Shown here: positions 1-7,670 of the stretch, in pieces
How the letters are laid out: each line of letters opens with the position of its first letter
How positions within the stretch are numbered: the stretch's first letter is position 1
Notes under the pieces: generated by a model
Databases searched by the model: none
What the model was told of the DNA's origin: nothing
Seen by the model: only the letters and a program-made list of their open reading frames with translations
Source: Carnobacterium inhibens subsp. inhibens DSM 13024
Lineage (GTDB): Bacteria; Bacillota; Bacilli; Lactobacillales; Carnobacteriaceae
Assembly: GCF_000746825.1 (NCBI RefSeq)
Contig: NZ_JQIV01000006.1
Location: 1,394,784 to 1,418,783 of the forward strand
Direction: 5' to 3'
Length of the DNA: 24,000 bases
Made by a program: the position numbers and the translations under genes

Positions 1-77
1 TAAGTTGCCAGTTCGAACATACATTAGTAATTACAAAAAATGGGCCACGTATTCTAACTTCTCAAAATAATCAATAA
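1..77 (+). CDS. map: 3' end of a type I methionine aminopeptidase gene (truncated by the window edge)
   Basis: Frame 3 is open from the edge to TAA 75-77 and reads SCQFEHTLVITKNGPRILTSQNNQ*. The xQFEHT-hydrophobic-T..G..ILT tail, which includes the metal-ligand Glu, is the conserved MetAP C-terminus. Only 24 codons are visible. Frame 2 is also open (to 70) but shows no recognisable motif. A terminator follows at 81-128. Confidence 0.5.
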   Translation, partial: SCQFEHTLVITKNGPRILTSQNNQ

Positions 78-80
78 AAT

Positions 81-128
81 AAGATGACTCCCAAATGTTA
101 GACTTTGGGAGTCATCTTATTTTTTTAT
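81..128. terminator. Bidirectional intrinsic terminator between convergent map and nupC
   Basis: 15-bp perfect stem AAGATGACTCCCAAA (81-95) / TTTGGGAGTCATCTT (104-118). It is followed by ATTTTTTTA on the plus strand and by a U-rich tract (complement of 66-80) on the minus strand. Confidence 0.7.
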
Positions 129-1303
129 AAAAACAATCCGATAAACATAGCTGATAAAATAGGAACGATAAAACCGCCAAACATCCCTCTTAAAGCTAGT
201 TTAGATAAATCATTTTTTCTAGTTGGTGCAAAAACTGATAAACCTGTTACACAAATCGCAATACTAGAGAATGCTCCAAAACTACCAACAGCCACAGATA
301 TCATCGCTATTGCTCTTTCGGACAATTCAGACATCATTGGAGCAAAGTCAGCATAAGCGACAAACTCGTTGATTGATAATTTGGTCCCTAGCAGTTGGCC
401 AGCTAACATTGCCTCCGTACCACTTAAGCCCATCAACCAACCGATTGGCATAAAGATATAGCCTAGAACCCCTGTAAAACTGGTCCCTACTAACCCTAAA
501 ATACTATTCAATAATGCCACAATAGAAATACCAGCAATCAAACTCGCACCGATACCTAAAACCATTTGAAGCCCATTGTTGATTCCTTCGGCCATGGCAG
601 AAAAAAGAGAGGTACTCGAGCCTTTACGATCTAAAGTTACATCAGTTACTTTACTAACTTCTGTCTCAGGCGTTAAGATTTTAGCTACCAGTAATGATCC
701 AAACGGTACTAAAGCCGTTGTAATCAATAACCATTTCATCGGAATACCTAATAAATTATATCCCACTAAGATAGAAGCCGACATAGATCCCATTCCTGCA
801 ACTAAAACTGTCATCAACTCTGATTTTGTCATATCAGGCAAATATTTTGCAACTAAGAAAGGCGCTTCTGTCTGCCCCAACAACATATTTGCTACAGCAA
901 CAAAAGATTCTGCTTTTTCAGTTCCTAACAACTTTCCAACTGCTCCACCTATGATTTTAACGACCCAACCAACTACACCTAAGTAGCCAAGGATCCCTGT
1001 CAAAGCAGATAGGAAGATAATAACACCTAATACATCAATGAAGAAGTATCCTCTTCCAAATAAATCGCCAAACACAAAAGATAGTCCTTCATTCGCAAAA
1101 CTGAATAGTTTCGTTACACCTGCAGCTAACTGTTCAATGATCCAGCTGCCTACAGGAACTTTAATTAAGAACAAAGCCAACACTAATTGAGCTGCTAGCG
1201 CAACTCCAACCGTACGCTTATTAATTGCTTTTTTATTGTCTGATAAGAGAAATAAAATCCCTAACATGACTATAATGCCTAAAACTGTTATTACTCTACT
1301 CAT
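125..1303 (-). CDS. nupC: Concentrative nucleoside transporter, NupC/CNT family
   Basis: Polytopic membrane protein with CNT-like segments (ANEGLSFVFG, GQTEAPFLVAKYLP, GMGSMSASILVGY). I place the start at ATG 1303, with GGAGAG 8 nt upstream. The track's 1324 start is a TTG. The start overlaps the dnk stop by 8 nt. Confidence 0.88.
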   Translation of the reverse strand: MSRVITVLGIIVMLGILFLLSDNKKAINKRTVGVALAAQLVLALFLIKVPVGSWIIEQLAAGVTKLFSFANEGLSFVFGDLFGRGYFFIDVLGVIIFLSALTGILGYLGVVGWVVKIIGGAVGKLLGTEKAESFVAVANMLLGQTEAPFLVAKYLPDMTKSELMTVLVAGMGSMSASILVGYNLLGIPMKWLLITTALVPFGSLLVAKILTPETEVSKVTDVTLDRKGSSTSLFSAMAEGINNGLQMVLGIGASLIAGISIVALLNSILGLVGTSFTGVLGYIFMPIGWLMGLSGTEAMLAGQLLGTKLSINEFVAYADFAPMMSELSERAIAMISVAVGSFGAFSSIAICVTGLSVFAPTRKNDLSKLALRGMFGGFIVPILSAMFIGLFL

Positions 1304-1961
1304 TGATTCTACTCTCCATTTCAACTAACTTTTCTTTTACTAATTTCACCACAAAATCCGCGTCTTCACTATTATTGATCACATCGATTTTATCAATATT
1401 GATCACTAAAACATCAGATTCTTTATAGTGATGAGTGACCCAATTATCATAACCTTGCCAAAGAGCTTTGTAATAGTCCATTAATCCTTGATCTTGTTCA
1501 AAGTCTCTGCCTCGCAAACCGATTCTGTAAAGAATCGTTTCAAAGGAGCCTTGTAAATAAACCATTAAATCTGGAGATTTTTTAGGCAGTTCTTGTAATT
1601 CTTCCATCATGTTGTTCAATAATTTTTCATAAATACTAAACTCTGAAGCTGAGATACGTCCTAACTCTGTATTTACTTTGGCAAAATACCAATCTTCATA
1701 AATTGAGCGATCCAACACATTATTCTTGTTGTGTAAAGCTTCTTTAATACTTTTAAAACGACTACTTAAAAAATCTAATTGCAATAAAAACGGGTATCGT
1801 TTTAAATGCTGTTCCTCTTCACTTGCTGTGTAAAATAAAGGCAATATTTCATTGTCATCTACATTCTCATAGAATACCTCACTGTTTAAAGATTTTCCTA
1901 ACAGTTCAGCTACACTTGTTTTTCCTGCTCCAATCATTCCACCAATTACTAAAATCGCCAT
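1296..1961 (-). CDS. Deoxynucleoside kinase (dAK/dGK/dCK family)
   Basis: N-terminal P-loop IGGMIGAGKTS, DRS motif (VLDRSIYED) and the arginine lid RIGLRGRDFE (RxxxRxR). SD GAGGAGAGGGG lies upstream of ATG 1961. Confidence 0.88.
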   Translation of the reverse strand: MAILVIGGMIGAGKTSVAELLGKSLNSEVFYENVDDNEILPLFYTASEEEQHLKRYPFLLQLDFLSSRFKSIKEALHNKNNVLDRSIYEDWYFAKVNTELGRISASEFSIYEKLLNNMMEELQELPKKSPDLMVYLQGSFETILYRIGLRGRDFEQDQGLMDYYKALWQGYDNWVTHHYKESDVLVINIDKIDVINNSEDADFVVKLVKEKLVEMESRINE

Positions 1962-1980
1962 CTACCCCTCTCCTCATTGC

Positions 1981-2020
1981 ATGGAAAAAGAGTAGCATAA
2001 TTCAGCTACTCTTTTTCCAT
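1981..2020 (-). terminator. Terminator-like hairpin inside the dnk-nupC leader (candidate attenuator)
   Basis: 16-bp perfect inverted repeat ATGGAAAAAGAGTAGC / GCTACTCTTTTTCCAT with an 8-nt loop. The core is GAGTAGC-loop-GCTACTC followed by TTTTT. It ends 19 nt before the dnk ATG, so any dnk promoter must lie upstream of it. Confidence 0.5.
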
Positions 2021-2185
2021 CTCATTACTAGTTGTTATCTTAGTAGTTTCTAGAAATCGTACTGCTTAAATTTTTTGTTGCATCTTTTTATGTAACTATT
2101 TATAGTTTATGCAGTAGTTCATTGCTTAACCATCGATTAGCTCCTTAGCTATAATACTATGATATGAAAATTATATCAACCTGAA

Positions 2186-2194
2186 ATTATACCA
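2186..2194 (-). promoter_or_regulatory. Candidate extended -10 promoter (TGgTATAAT) for dnk-nupC
   Basis: The minus strand reads TGGTATAAT (complement of 2186-2194), a perfect TATAAT with a TG extension. The -35 is poor. It implies a leader of roughly 215 nt. Confidence 0.35.
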
Positions 2195-2258
2195 TATGTG
2201 CTAATTACGAAAAAATAAACACCATATATTGTGGTTGCGCATTCAAAACATCCTATAG

Positions 2259-2306
2259 ACTAAAAAATAGACAAGCCTTAGGAATTTTCCTACTGACTTG
2301 TCTATT
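2259..2306 (-). terminator. Intrinsic terminator of the VTC/DUF4956/lipoprotein operon
   Basis: Stem AATAGACAAG (2266-2275) / CTTGTCTATT (2297-2306) with an inner TAGGA-AAAT-TCCTA helix. A U6 tract follows on the minus strand (complement of 2261-2267). It lies 25 nt after the stop at 2331. Confidence 0.65.
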
Positions 2307-2330
2307 CTATTTACTTCTTAACTAACTAGG

Positions 2331-4238
2331 TTAAGGCATGGTTGGTATACTGCCTGTATCTCCTTCACTTGGTTTTTGCATGTCACCATTTGGTTGCATG
2401 TTCTTGTCACCAGGCTGTTGCATTCCGCCCCCCATTTGTCCTGTTGTAGTGCCCACTGTTGTTGATACTGATTCAATTGGAACTTCAAAAATTTCATCAT
2501 TAATGGATAAAGTGTATGTTTCATCTACTGCTAAATCAGCAGAGCTGAACTGTACAGAAGTGAAACTTTTATCTGCTGTCCATGATAAGAGAACTGTACC
2601 GTCTGCATCGCTTAATTCAATTTTGCTACCCGCTTCATAAGTTGTTTCAAATCCATAAAAAACACTTACTTGACTAGAACTGTCTGCAAAAGTTACTGCC
2701 ATTCCAGAGCTTCCAGCAGCCATTAACGTTCCGCCAGTTATCACAGCCTCTCCATTTGAATCAATTGTTCCGTTACCATCATTTTCTGGTCCGCTAACAG
2801 TCGTCACCCCTCCAGAAATTTCAATCGTTCCGTTTGAATCTAATCCATCACCACTGCTGTTCACTGTCAATGTACCACCAGAAATGACCAATGTATTTTC
2901 ACTGTAGCTGCCAGATTCACCCGGTCCGGCTGCTTGTTCAGTTGTTGTTGAAGTCCCACCAGATACATTTACTCCGTCATCACTAGCTACAACGTTTATT
3001 TCTCCATTACTGATTGTAATCGCCTTACCTTCGATTCCTTCATAACTTTCTGTAATAGCAACACTCGAACCACTTAATTGCAAATCATTATCAGCATGTA
3101 AGCCATCGTCTCCGGCAATTAATGTGAGCGATCCTCCTGCAAGTGTCAGATTTCCATCAGTATGCACTGTATCATCAGCCGCATCAATTGCAATCGTGCC
3201 ATCATTAATAATCAACTCGCCGGCTGCTTTCAATCCTTTGGTACTGGTTGAACTGATCTCATCGCTATCCGCATTTTCTTCTTCATCTGCTGCTTGAGCA
3301 AAGAAATCCATCCCTTCTTGTGTTTTTGCTACTGCATTGGCACTCCCGCCACCTGCTGTAATGTCAAATGTTCCGCCATCAATTTGAAGTAGCGTTTCAG
3401 CTTGAATACCGTCTTGCTCTGCATCAATAGTAAAGTTACCTCCGGCTATATAGACAAAACCTTTGCCTTCTTCATCTGCATTATCGGACTGAATACTATC
3501 TGTTCCGGTTTCAAGAGTAAACGTTCCATCTTTGATTTTCACTGCATCTTTTCCTGAAAGTCCTTGGCCTGCTGCAGTAATATTATACGTACCACTTACG
3601 ACGATTAATTCATCTTTTGATACGATTCCGTGATTCGTATTCGCATGTATCGTTAAACTACCAGAGCCGTTAAATGCCAAATCAGCTTTACTAAAAATTG
3701 TTCCATCAATACTAGTCGCATCGGCATCCGTATCAAGTGTTGCTGTACTTCCAGCTTTATCAGTCAATGTATTTTCTGATCCTTCTGCCAATGTCACAAA
3801 GACTTTATCAGCTTCTTCGATCAATAAAGGAGCACTTGTTGAGGAGGTAATATCTACTCCGTCAAAGATCAAATGAACTTCTTCAGTATTCGGGGCCGTT
3901 ACTTTGATTTGACCATCTGAAAGAGTTCCGCTGATCAAATATGTTCCACCAGTTGTAATTGTAACAACATTACCATCAACCGTTGCTCCTTCTCCGCTGC
4001 TTGTGTTCTGATTGTCAGCCAATTGGATAGTAGTAGAATCAGCCTCGTCATATCCGACTTCAAGATCATCGGAACTAAATTCTAAATCATAATCTACTGT
4101 ACTTTCTACAGTGCCAGACTCAGTTGCTGTAGCAGAATCTGCACTTTGACTAGTGCCAGAAGCGGTTGATTGGCATCCGGCTAACATCACCAAAACAGCT
4201 AGTGATAAAAATGGTGTGATCTTCGTCTTTTTTTTCAT
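2331..4238 (-). CDS. Secreted lipoprotein, Cthe_2159-like carbohydrate-binding (parallel beta-helix) domain protein
   Basis: I place the start at ATG 4238 (MKKKTKITPFLSLAVLVMLAGC), giving a signal peptide plus lipobox LAG|C. About a dozen G-G/S-x-x-T-I/V coil-like repeats follow (e.g. ISGGTLTVNSSGDGL, LAGGSLTLIAGDDGL, IDGGTFDITAGGGS). The tail is Gly/Met/Gln/Pro-rich. The track's N-terminal extension to 4301 overlaps the upstream gene and lacks an RBS. Confidence 0.8.
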   Translation of the reverse strand: MKKKTKITPFLSLAVLVMLAGCQSTASGTSQSADSATATESGTVESTVDYDLEFSSDDLEVGYDEADSTTIQLADNQNTSSGEGATVDGNVVTITTGGTYLISGTLSDGQIKVTAPNTEEVHLIFDGVDITSSTSAPLLIEEADKVFVTLAEGSENTLTDKAGSTATLDTDADATSIDGTIFSKADLAFNGSGSLTIHANTNHGIVSKDELIVVSGTYNITAAGQGLSGKDAVKIKDGTFTLETGTDSIQSDNADEEGKGFVYIAGGNFTIDAEQDGIQAETLLQIDGGTFDITAGGGSANAVAKTQEGMDFFAQAADEEENADSDEISSTSTKGLKAAGELIINDGTIAIDAADDTVHTDGNLTLAGGSLTLIAGDDGLHADNDLQLSGSSVAITESYEGIEGKAITISNGEINVVASDDGVNVSGGTSTTTEQAAGPGESGSYSENTLVISGGTLTVNSSGDGLDSNGTIEISGGVTTVSGPENDGNGTIDSNGEAVITGGTLMAAGSSGMAVTFADSSSQVSVFYGFETTYEAGSKIELSDADGTVLLSWTADKSFTSVQFSSADLAVDETYTLSINDEIFEVPIESVSTTVGTTTGQMGGGMQQPGDKNMQPNGDMQKPSEGDTGSIPTMP

Positions 4239-4921
4239 TAGAGTTCTTCCTTTCCAGCTAACGAGCGTCCACAGATAATTTCTAAATTTCCATTTCTGCA
4301 ACGCAATGCGTCGATTAATTGTTTTTCCTGATTTTGATCTTTCAATTCGATCGTATATTCAATCCGAAACAGACTGCCCATATTGGTAGTCTTTACTCTT
4401 ATCATCTGATAACTGGACAAGTATTGTTCGAAGATATCATCAAAAACAGCGCTATAATCTAGATTTTCTGGAATTGTTATTTTTAACAACCGAACCCGTT
4501 CACCCATTTCGCCAAAGCTGGAAAGATTTAATCCAACCATTGCGCCGCAAATAATCAAGGCAAATACTACAGCAAATCCAATATACCCCATTCCGGTTGC
4601 CAGCCCAACGGCCATTGCCAGAAAGATGCTGCTGATTTCCTTAGCTGAACCTGGTACAGAACGGAAACGAACTAAACTAAATGCCCCCATTACTGCAACA
4701 CCGGCTCCAACATTTCCATTGACCAGCATGATCACCATTTGTACCATAGCTGGTAATAGAAATAGAGTCATGACGAAACCTTTAGAAAATTGATTTCTAT
4801 ACATATAGGTCCATGCTATAAATCCTCCTAAAACCAAACTTGACACCGTACAAAGTAGAAAACTCGTGATTGAAAACGCAGATGTACTTTCCATATATAA
4901 ACTATTAAACAACTCACTCAT
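4238..4921 (-). CDS. DUF4956-family membrane protein
   Basis: Four predicted TM helices, a FSLVRFRS motif and a soluble C-terminal domain. ATG 4921 forms an ATGA overlap with the VTC gene stop. Its own TAA overlaps the lipoprotein ATG (TAATG). Confidence 0.75.
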   Translation of the reverse strand: MSELFNSLYMESTSAFSITSFLLCTVSSLVLGGFIAWTYMYRNQFSKGFVMTLFLLPAMVQMVIMLVNGNVGAGVAVMGAFSLVRFRSVPGSAKEISSIFLAMAVGLATGMGYIGFAVVFALIICGAMVGLNLSSFGEMGERVRLLKITIPENLDYSAVFDDIFEQYLSSYQMIRVKTTNMGSLFRIEYTIELKDQNQEKQLIDALRCRNGNLEIICGRSLAGKEEL

Positions 4922-5667
4922 GCACTATAAACCTCTCTTTCTCTTGCTTCCATTATTGGTTCTTCTTGTTTTTTCAAATAATCTTTATACCCATTTGCAT
5001 ATTTCGAAAATTTTGCTGGGTAAATTTGTTGCTCGGATAAGATACGAGCAAGCCATACAGGCATTGCCCCGCAAATTTTTATTTCCATCAATAAGTGATT
5101 TTCCGGTAAAATCGGCTCTCCATAAGATCCAGATGACAAAGAAAGATCATGCGTGCGGTATAAAATTTCTTGATCAAATGTAATCCGGACATCGTTATCC
5201 AATTTCCCAATATAAGCTAGTCTTTTATAAGACAAATACATGGTTGGTTTTAAGTCTGGATAAAAAGAAAGAATTGACTCAAATTCATGTACCTTTTGAT
5301 CATTGTTGATCGATTCCAGCTCATTTTGATGAGCTAAAAATCTTTCAGCATTTTTCAATTGCATCTTTGTTCTTCTTTTATAGACGATTCCATCAAATTT
5401 TTTCTTGATCTCCACATAGACTGAATCTTTTTTAGTTGGAATACCATAACTACGCAATCGAACTTTTTCTTTGTAGAGCGGTTTACTCATTGAATGCCGT
5501 ATCAAATACCAACTTGGGGTATCATAGTAAATATTTGTAATCAAATGCTTGCCGTATTGATCCAGCTCCATATACGGTCTAAGCTCTATAAGCAATTTAT
5601 TCCATTGATCATACGTAATTAAATACTTTGTTTCCTTTCGTTCAAAAACACTTTGATAGTTAGTCAT
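4918..5667 (-). CDS. VTC-domain (polyphosphate-polymerase-like, triphosphate-tunnel/CYTH superfamily) protein
   Basis: I place the start at ATG 5667, with GGAGGTAATAAAT upstream. The sequence shows alternating charged beta-strand motifs typical of tunnel enzymes (FERKETKYLI, KVRLRSY, YVEIKKK, VYKRRTK, LMEIKI). The track start at 5697 has no RBS. Confidence 0.75.
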   Translation of the reverse strand: MTNYQSVFERKETKYLITYDQWNKLLIELRPYMELDQYGKHLITNIYYDTPSWYLIRHSMSKPLYKEKVRLRSYGIPTKKDSVYVEIKKKFDGIVYKRRTKMQLKNAERFLAHQNELESINNDQKVHEFESILSFYPDLKPTMYLSYKRLAYIGKLDNDVRITFDQEILYRTHDLSLSSGSYGEPILPENHLLMEIKICGAMPVWLARILSEQQIYPAKFSKYANGYKDYLKKQEEPIMEAREREVYSA

Positions 5668-5695
5668 ATTTATTACCTCCTTACTCGATGGATAC

Positions 5696-5727
5696 AATAT
5701 AAAACTTGAACCTTAATTGAACCTTAA
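5696..5727 (-). promoter_or_regulatory. Promoter of the VTC operon with an 11-bp perfect tandem direct repeat in place of the -35
   Basis: TTGAACCTTAA (5706-5716) is repeated exactly at 5717-5727; on the minus strand this reads TTAAGGTTCAA x2. Four nt downstream is the -10 TATATT (5701-5696). The hexamer at the -35 position (AGGTTC) is non-consensus. Confidence 0.5.
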
Positions 5728-5834
5728 GTCTAAAATTTTAAAAGCAGATCTGTATGTCAGAAGCAACGCTAAGGCAACTAAAGAAATTCATCTGCTCTTC
5801 ATGATAAAGATCTTAAAAAATATTGAATCGATGA

Positions 5835-5923
5835 CATAAAAAGAAGAATGGCCCAATTTTCTTGAAGAAAATTGAGCCATTCTTTATTAAAGTTAGAGCT
5901 GGTACTTTTTATTGTATCAGCTC
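5835..5923 (-). terminator. Tandem hairpins terminating the GH1 gene
   Basis: The first hairpin spans 5896-5923 (GAGCTGGTAC / GTATCAGCTC). The second, stronger hairpin spans 5846-5882 (GAATGGCCCAATTTTC / GAAAATTGAGCCATTC) and is followed on the minus strand by TTCTTTTTAT. Confidence 0.6.
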
Positions 5924-6013
5924 CCTTTTATTCGTATTCCTGATCGACAGACAAGCAGGCTGACATAATAAATCAGCTTACATCATGTTTTCCTGACTCT
6001 GATGCTTCTTCTG

Positions 6014-7393
6014 TCAGGTTCTGTCAACTCCTTCAGACAGACACTTCCCATCTGTTTTAATGACTTCTTTGAACCATTCATAACTTTTCTTCGGAACTCT
6101 TTTCATGTCTTTCAGATCATGGTTATCCCGGTTCACATACACTAATCCATAACGTTTACGCATGTCTCCTTGTGAACTCAAAATATCGATCAAGCCCCAT
6201 CCAAGATAGCCCATTACTTCTACTCCGTCGATGTACATAGCATCATACATGGCTAATAAATGTTTCTTATGATAGTCGATGCGATAGTCATCTTCTATTA
6301 GATTCGTTCCATCCCACTCTTCTTTCACTCCAATACCATTTTCAATTGGAAAGACGGGTAACTGATAGCGCTGGTACAATTTGTTTAACACATCTCGGAA
6401 TCCAAGTGGATCAATCTGCCAGTTCCATTCCGTAGTATCTAAATGTGGATTGTCTAATCTACCGTAATCCATATACTCATTTGGAATGGTTCCCGCTGGA
6501 ATCTTTTCAGCACTGATGGTTGACGAAGCATAATAACTAAAACTTATAAAATCATTCTTCTGATTTTGAATTGTTTCTAATTCTCCAGGCAATATGTTCA
6601 TATCAATTTCATTTTTCTTCACAAATTGCATCATTTCTTTTGAATACGTTCCTTTTGTATAAGCGTCAAGTAACGTATAGTTTACAAATTCATCCCATTT
6701 TCTAGCTGCTAGAATATCTTCAGGTTTACAAGTAGCTGGATAAACTTCACTGTAAGCCAGCATTCCACCAATCTGAGCATCCGTTGTTTCGTGAAGATAA
6801 TTGGCAATTTCAGCATGTGCCACCATAACATTGTGTAAAATTTGATATAATTCGTTTGCCGTCTTTTCTCCCTGTAAATATCCACTGATTCTAAATGCTT
6901 CTGGTACATGATAGAGATTCTGCTCATTGAATACGATCCAGTACTTCACTTTATCCGCATAACGATCGACCATTTCTTTTCCGTATCTGACGAAGGCTTT
7001 CAGTACTTCTTTTGAAACTAACCCATTATATTCTTCTGCTAAATACAAAGGCATATCAAAATGATACAGACAGATCATCGGTTCGATACCTCTTTCAAGC
7101 AGACCGTCAATGAATCGATCATAATAAGCAATGCCTTCTTCATTCACTTCACCGTTACCGTTTTCAATCACTCGTGACCAAGAAATCTGGAACCGATACA
7201 TATTCATGCCTAAGTCCTTGATGTGATCTAGATCTTGTTCAAACTGATGGTAATTATCATTCGCAAATTTCCAATCACTTGCATGTTCTGTTGCTTCTCT
7301 TACATCATAAACAGATGGGCTCTTACCACATTCGTCCCATCCTCCCTCAGTTTGCATGCTTGATACTGAGTTACCCCAGAAAAATTTAGTCAT
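6014..7393 (-). CDS. Glycoside hydrolase family 1, probable 6-phospho-beta-glucosidase/galactosidase
   Basis: GH1 N-terminus (SSMQTEGGW), acid/base NEQN (IVFNEQN) and nucleophile ENG (FPIENGIG). The C-terminal SSQGDMRKRYG...PKKSYEWF resembles the phosphate-binding S/K/Y signature of 6-phospho enzymes. SD GAGGAGA lies before ATG 7393. Confidence 0.88.
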   Translation of the reverse strand: MTKFFWGNSVSSMQTEGGWDECGKSPSVYDVREATEHASDWKFANDNYHQFEQDLDHIKDLGMNMYRFQISWSRVIENGNGEVNEEGIAYYDRFIDGLLERGIEPMICLYHFDMPLYLAEEYNGLVSKEVLKAFVRYGKEMVDRYADKVKYWIVFNEQNLYHVPEAFRISGYLQGEKTANELYQILHNVMVAHAEIANYLHETTDAQIGGMLAYSEVYPATCKPEDILAARKWDEFVNYTLLDAYTKGTYSKEMMQFVKKNEIDMNILPGELETIQNQKNDFISFSYYASSTISAEKIPAGTIPNEYMDYGRLDNPHLDTTEWNWQIDPLGFRDVLNKLYQRYQLPVFPIENGIGVKEEWDGTNLIEDDYRIDYHKKHLLAMYDAMYIDGVEVMGYLGWGLIDILSSQGDMRKRYGLVYVNRDNHDLKDMKRVPKKSYEWFKEVIKTDGKCLSEGVDRT

Positions 7394-7620
7394 CGTCTAG
7401 TCTCCTCGTTTTAGATTTAAAATGTAATCGGTTTATACTCATACTCTAGCAAAGTTTTATTTTTATGTAAAGACCAGAATATATTACAACACGAATCATG
7501 TAAAGCCTTTCATTTGCAAAGTATTTTCTAAAAGATAGAAGCGATTATTTGGTCTGTCTGGTCATACTATGAACGGCACTTTTTTATCGAAAATGACGAA
7601 ATAAAGATACCTAAACTGGA

Positions 7621-7660
7621 CAAAGAAAAGACAAGTCTTCTGATTTATATCAGTGACTTG
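7621..7660 (-). terminator. Intrinsic terminator after the histidine kinase gene
   Basis: Stem CAAGTC..CTGAT / ATCAG..GACTTG (7632-7660), followed on the minus strand by TCTTTTCTTTG. Confidence 0.6.
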
Positions 7661-7670
7661 CCCAAATTTT

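Noticed and set aside
105-986. Track ORFs 105..356(+) and 576..986(+)
   Set aside because: They are antisense shadow ORFs entirely inside the well-supported nupC gene, with low-complexity translations and no RBS.
1823-2053. Track ORF 1823..2053(+)
   Set aside because: It is antisense to the dnk 5' end and runs through the leader hairpin. No SD is present and the peptide looks implausible.
2078-2106. Plus-strand promoter-like element TTGCAT-17-TATAGT, and a perfect TATAAT at 2151-2156, possibly driving an sRNA of about 200 nt ending at the 2266-2306 hairpin
   Set aside because: There is no downstream plus-strand ORF. AT-rich intergenic DNA produces such matches by chance, and the same region is better explained as the minus-strand dnk leader. 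It would be worth a look only if RNA-seq shows a plus-strand transcript.
2318-2640. Track ORFs 2318..2524(-) and 2338..2640(+)
   Set aside because: They are alternative-frame or antisense ORFs inside the lipoprotein gene's repetitive 3' end, and are artefacts of its composition.
4239-4301. N-terminal extension of the lipoprotein ORF (MQKWKFRNYLW...)
   Set aside because: It overlaps the DUF4956 gene and would bury the signal peptide internally. MKKK at 4238 gives a canonical lipoprotein signal and a TAATG coupling.
4866-5183. Track ORF 4866..5183(+)
   Set aside because: It is antisense to the VTC/DUF4956 junction, with no RBS and no motif.
7423-7436. Possible CcpA cre site TGTAATCGGTTTAT upstream of the GH1 gene
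   Set aside because: Only the left half and the central CG match TGWAANCGNTNWCA. The right half has three mismatches, so the match is too weak to call.
7394-7620. BglG/LicT-type RAT antiterminator upstream of the GH1 gene
   Set aside because: There is no RAT-like sequence and no terminator in the leader. No PTS or antiterminator gene is nearby.
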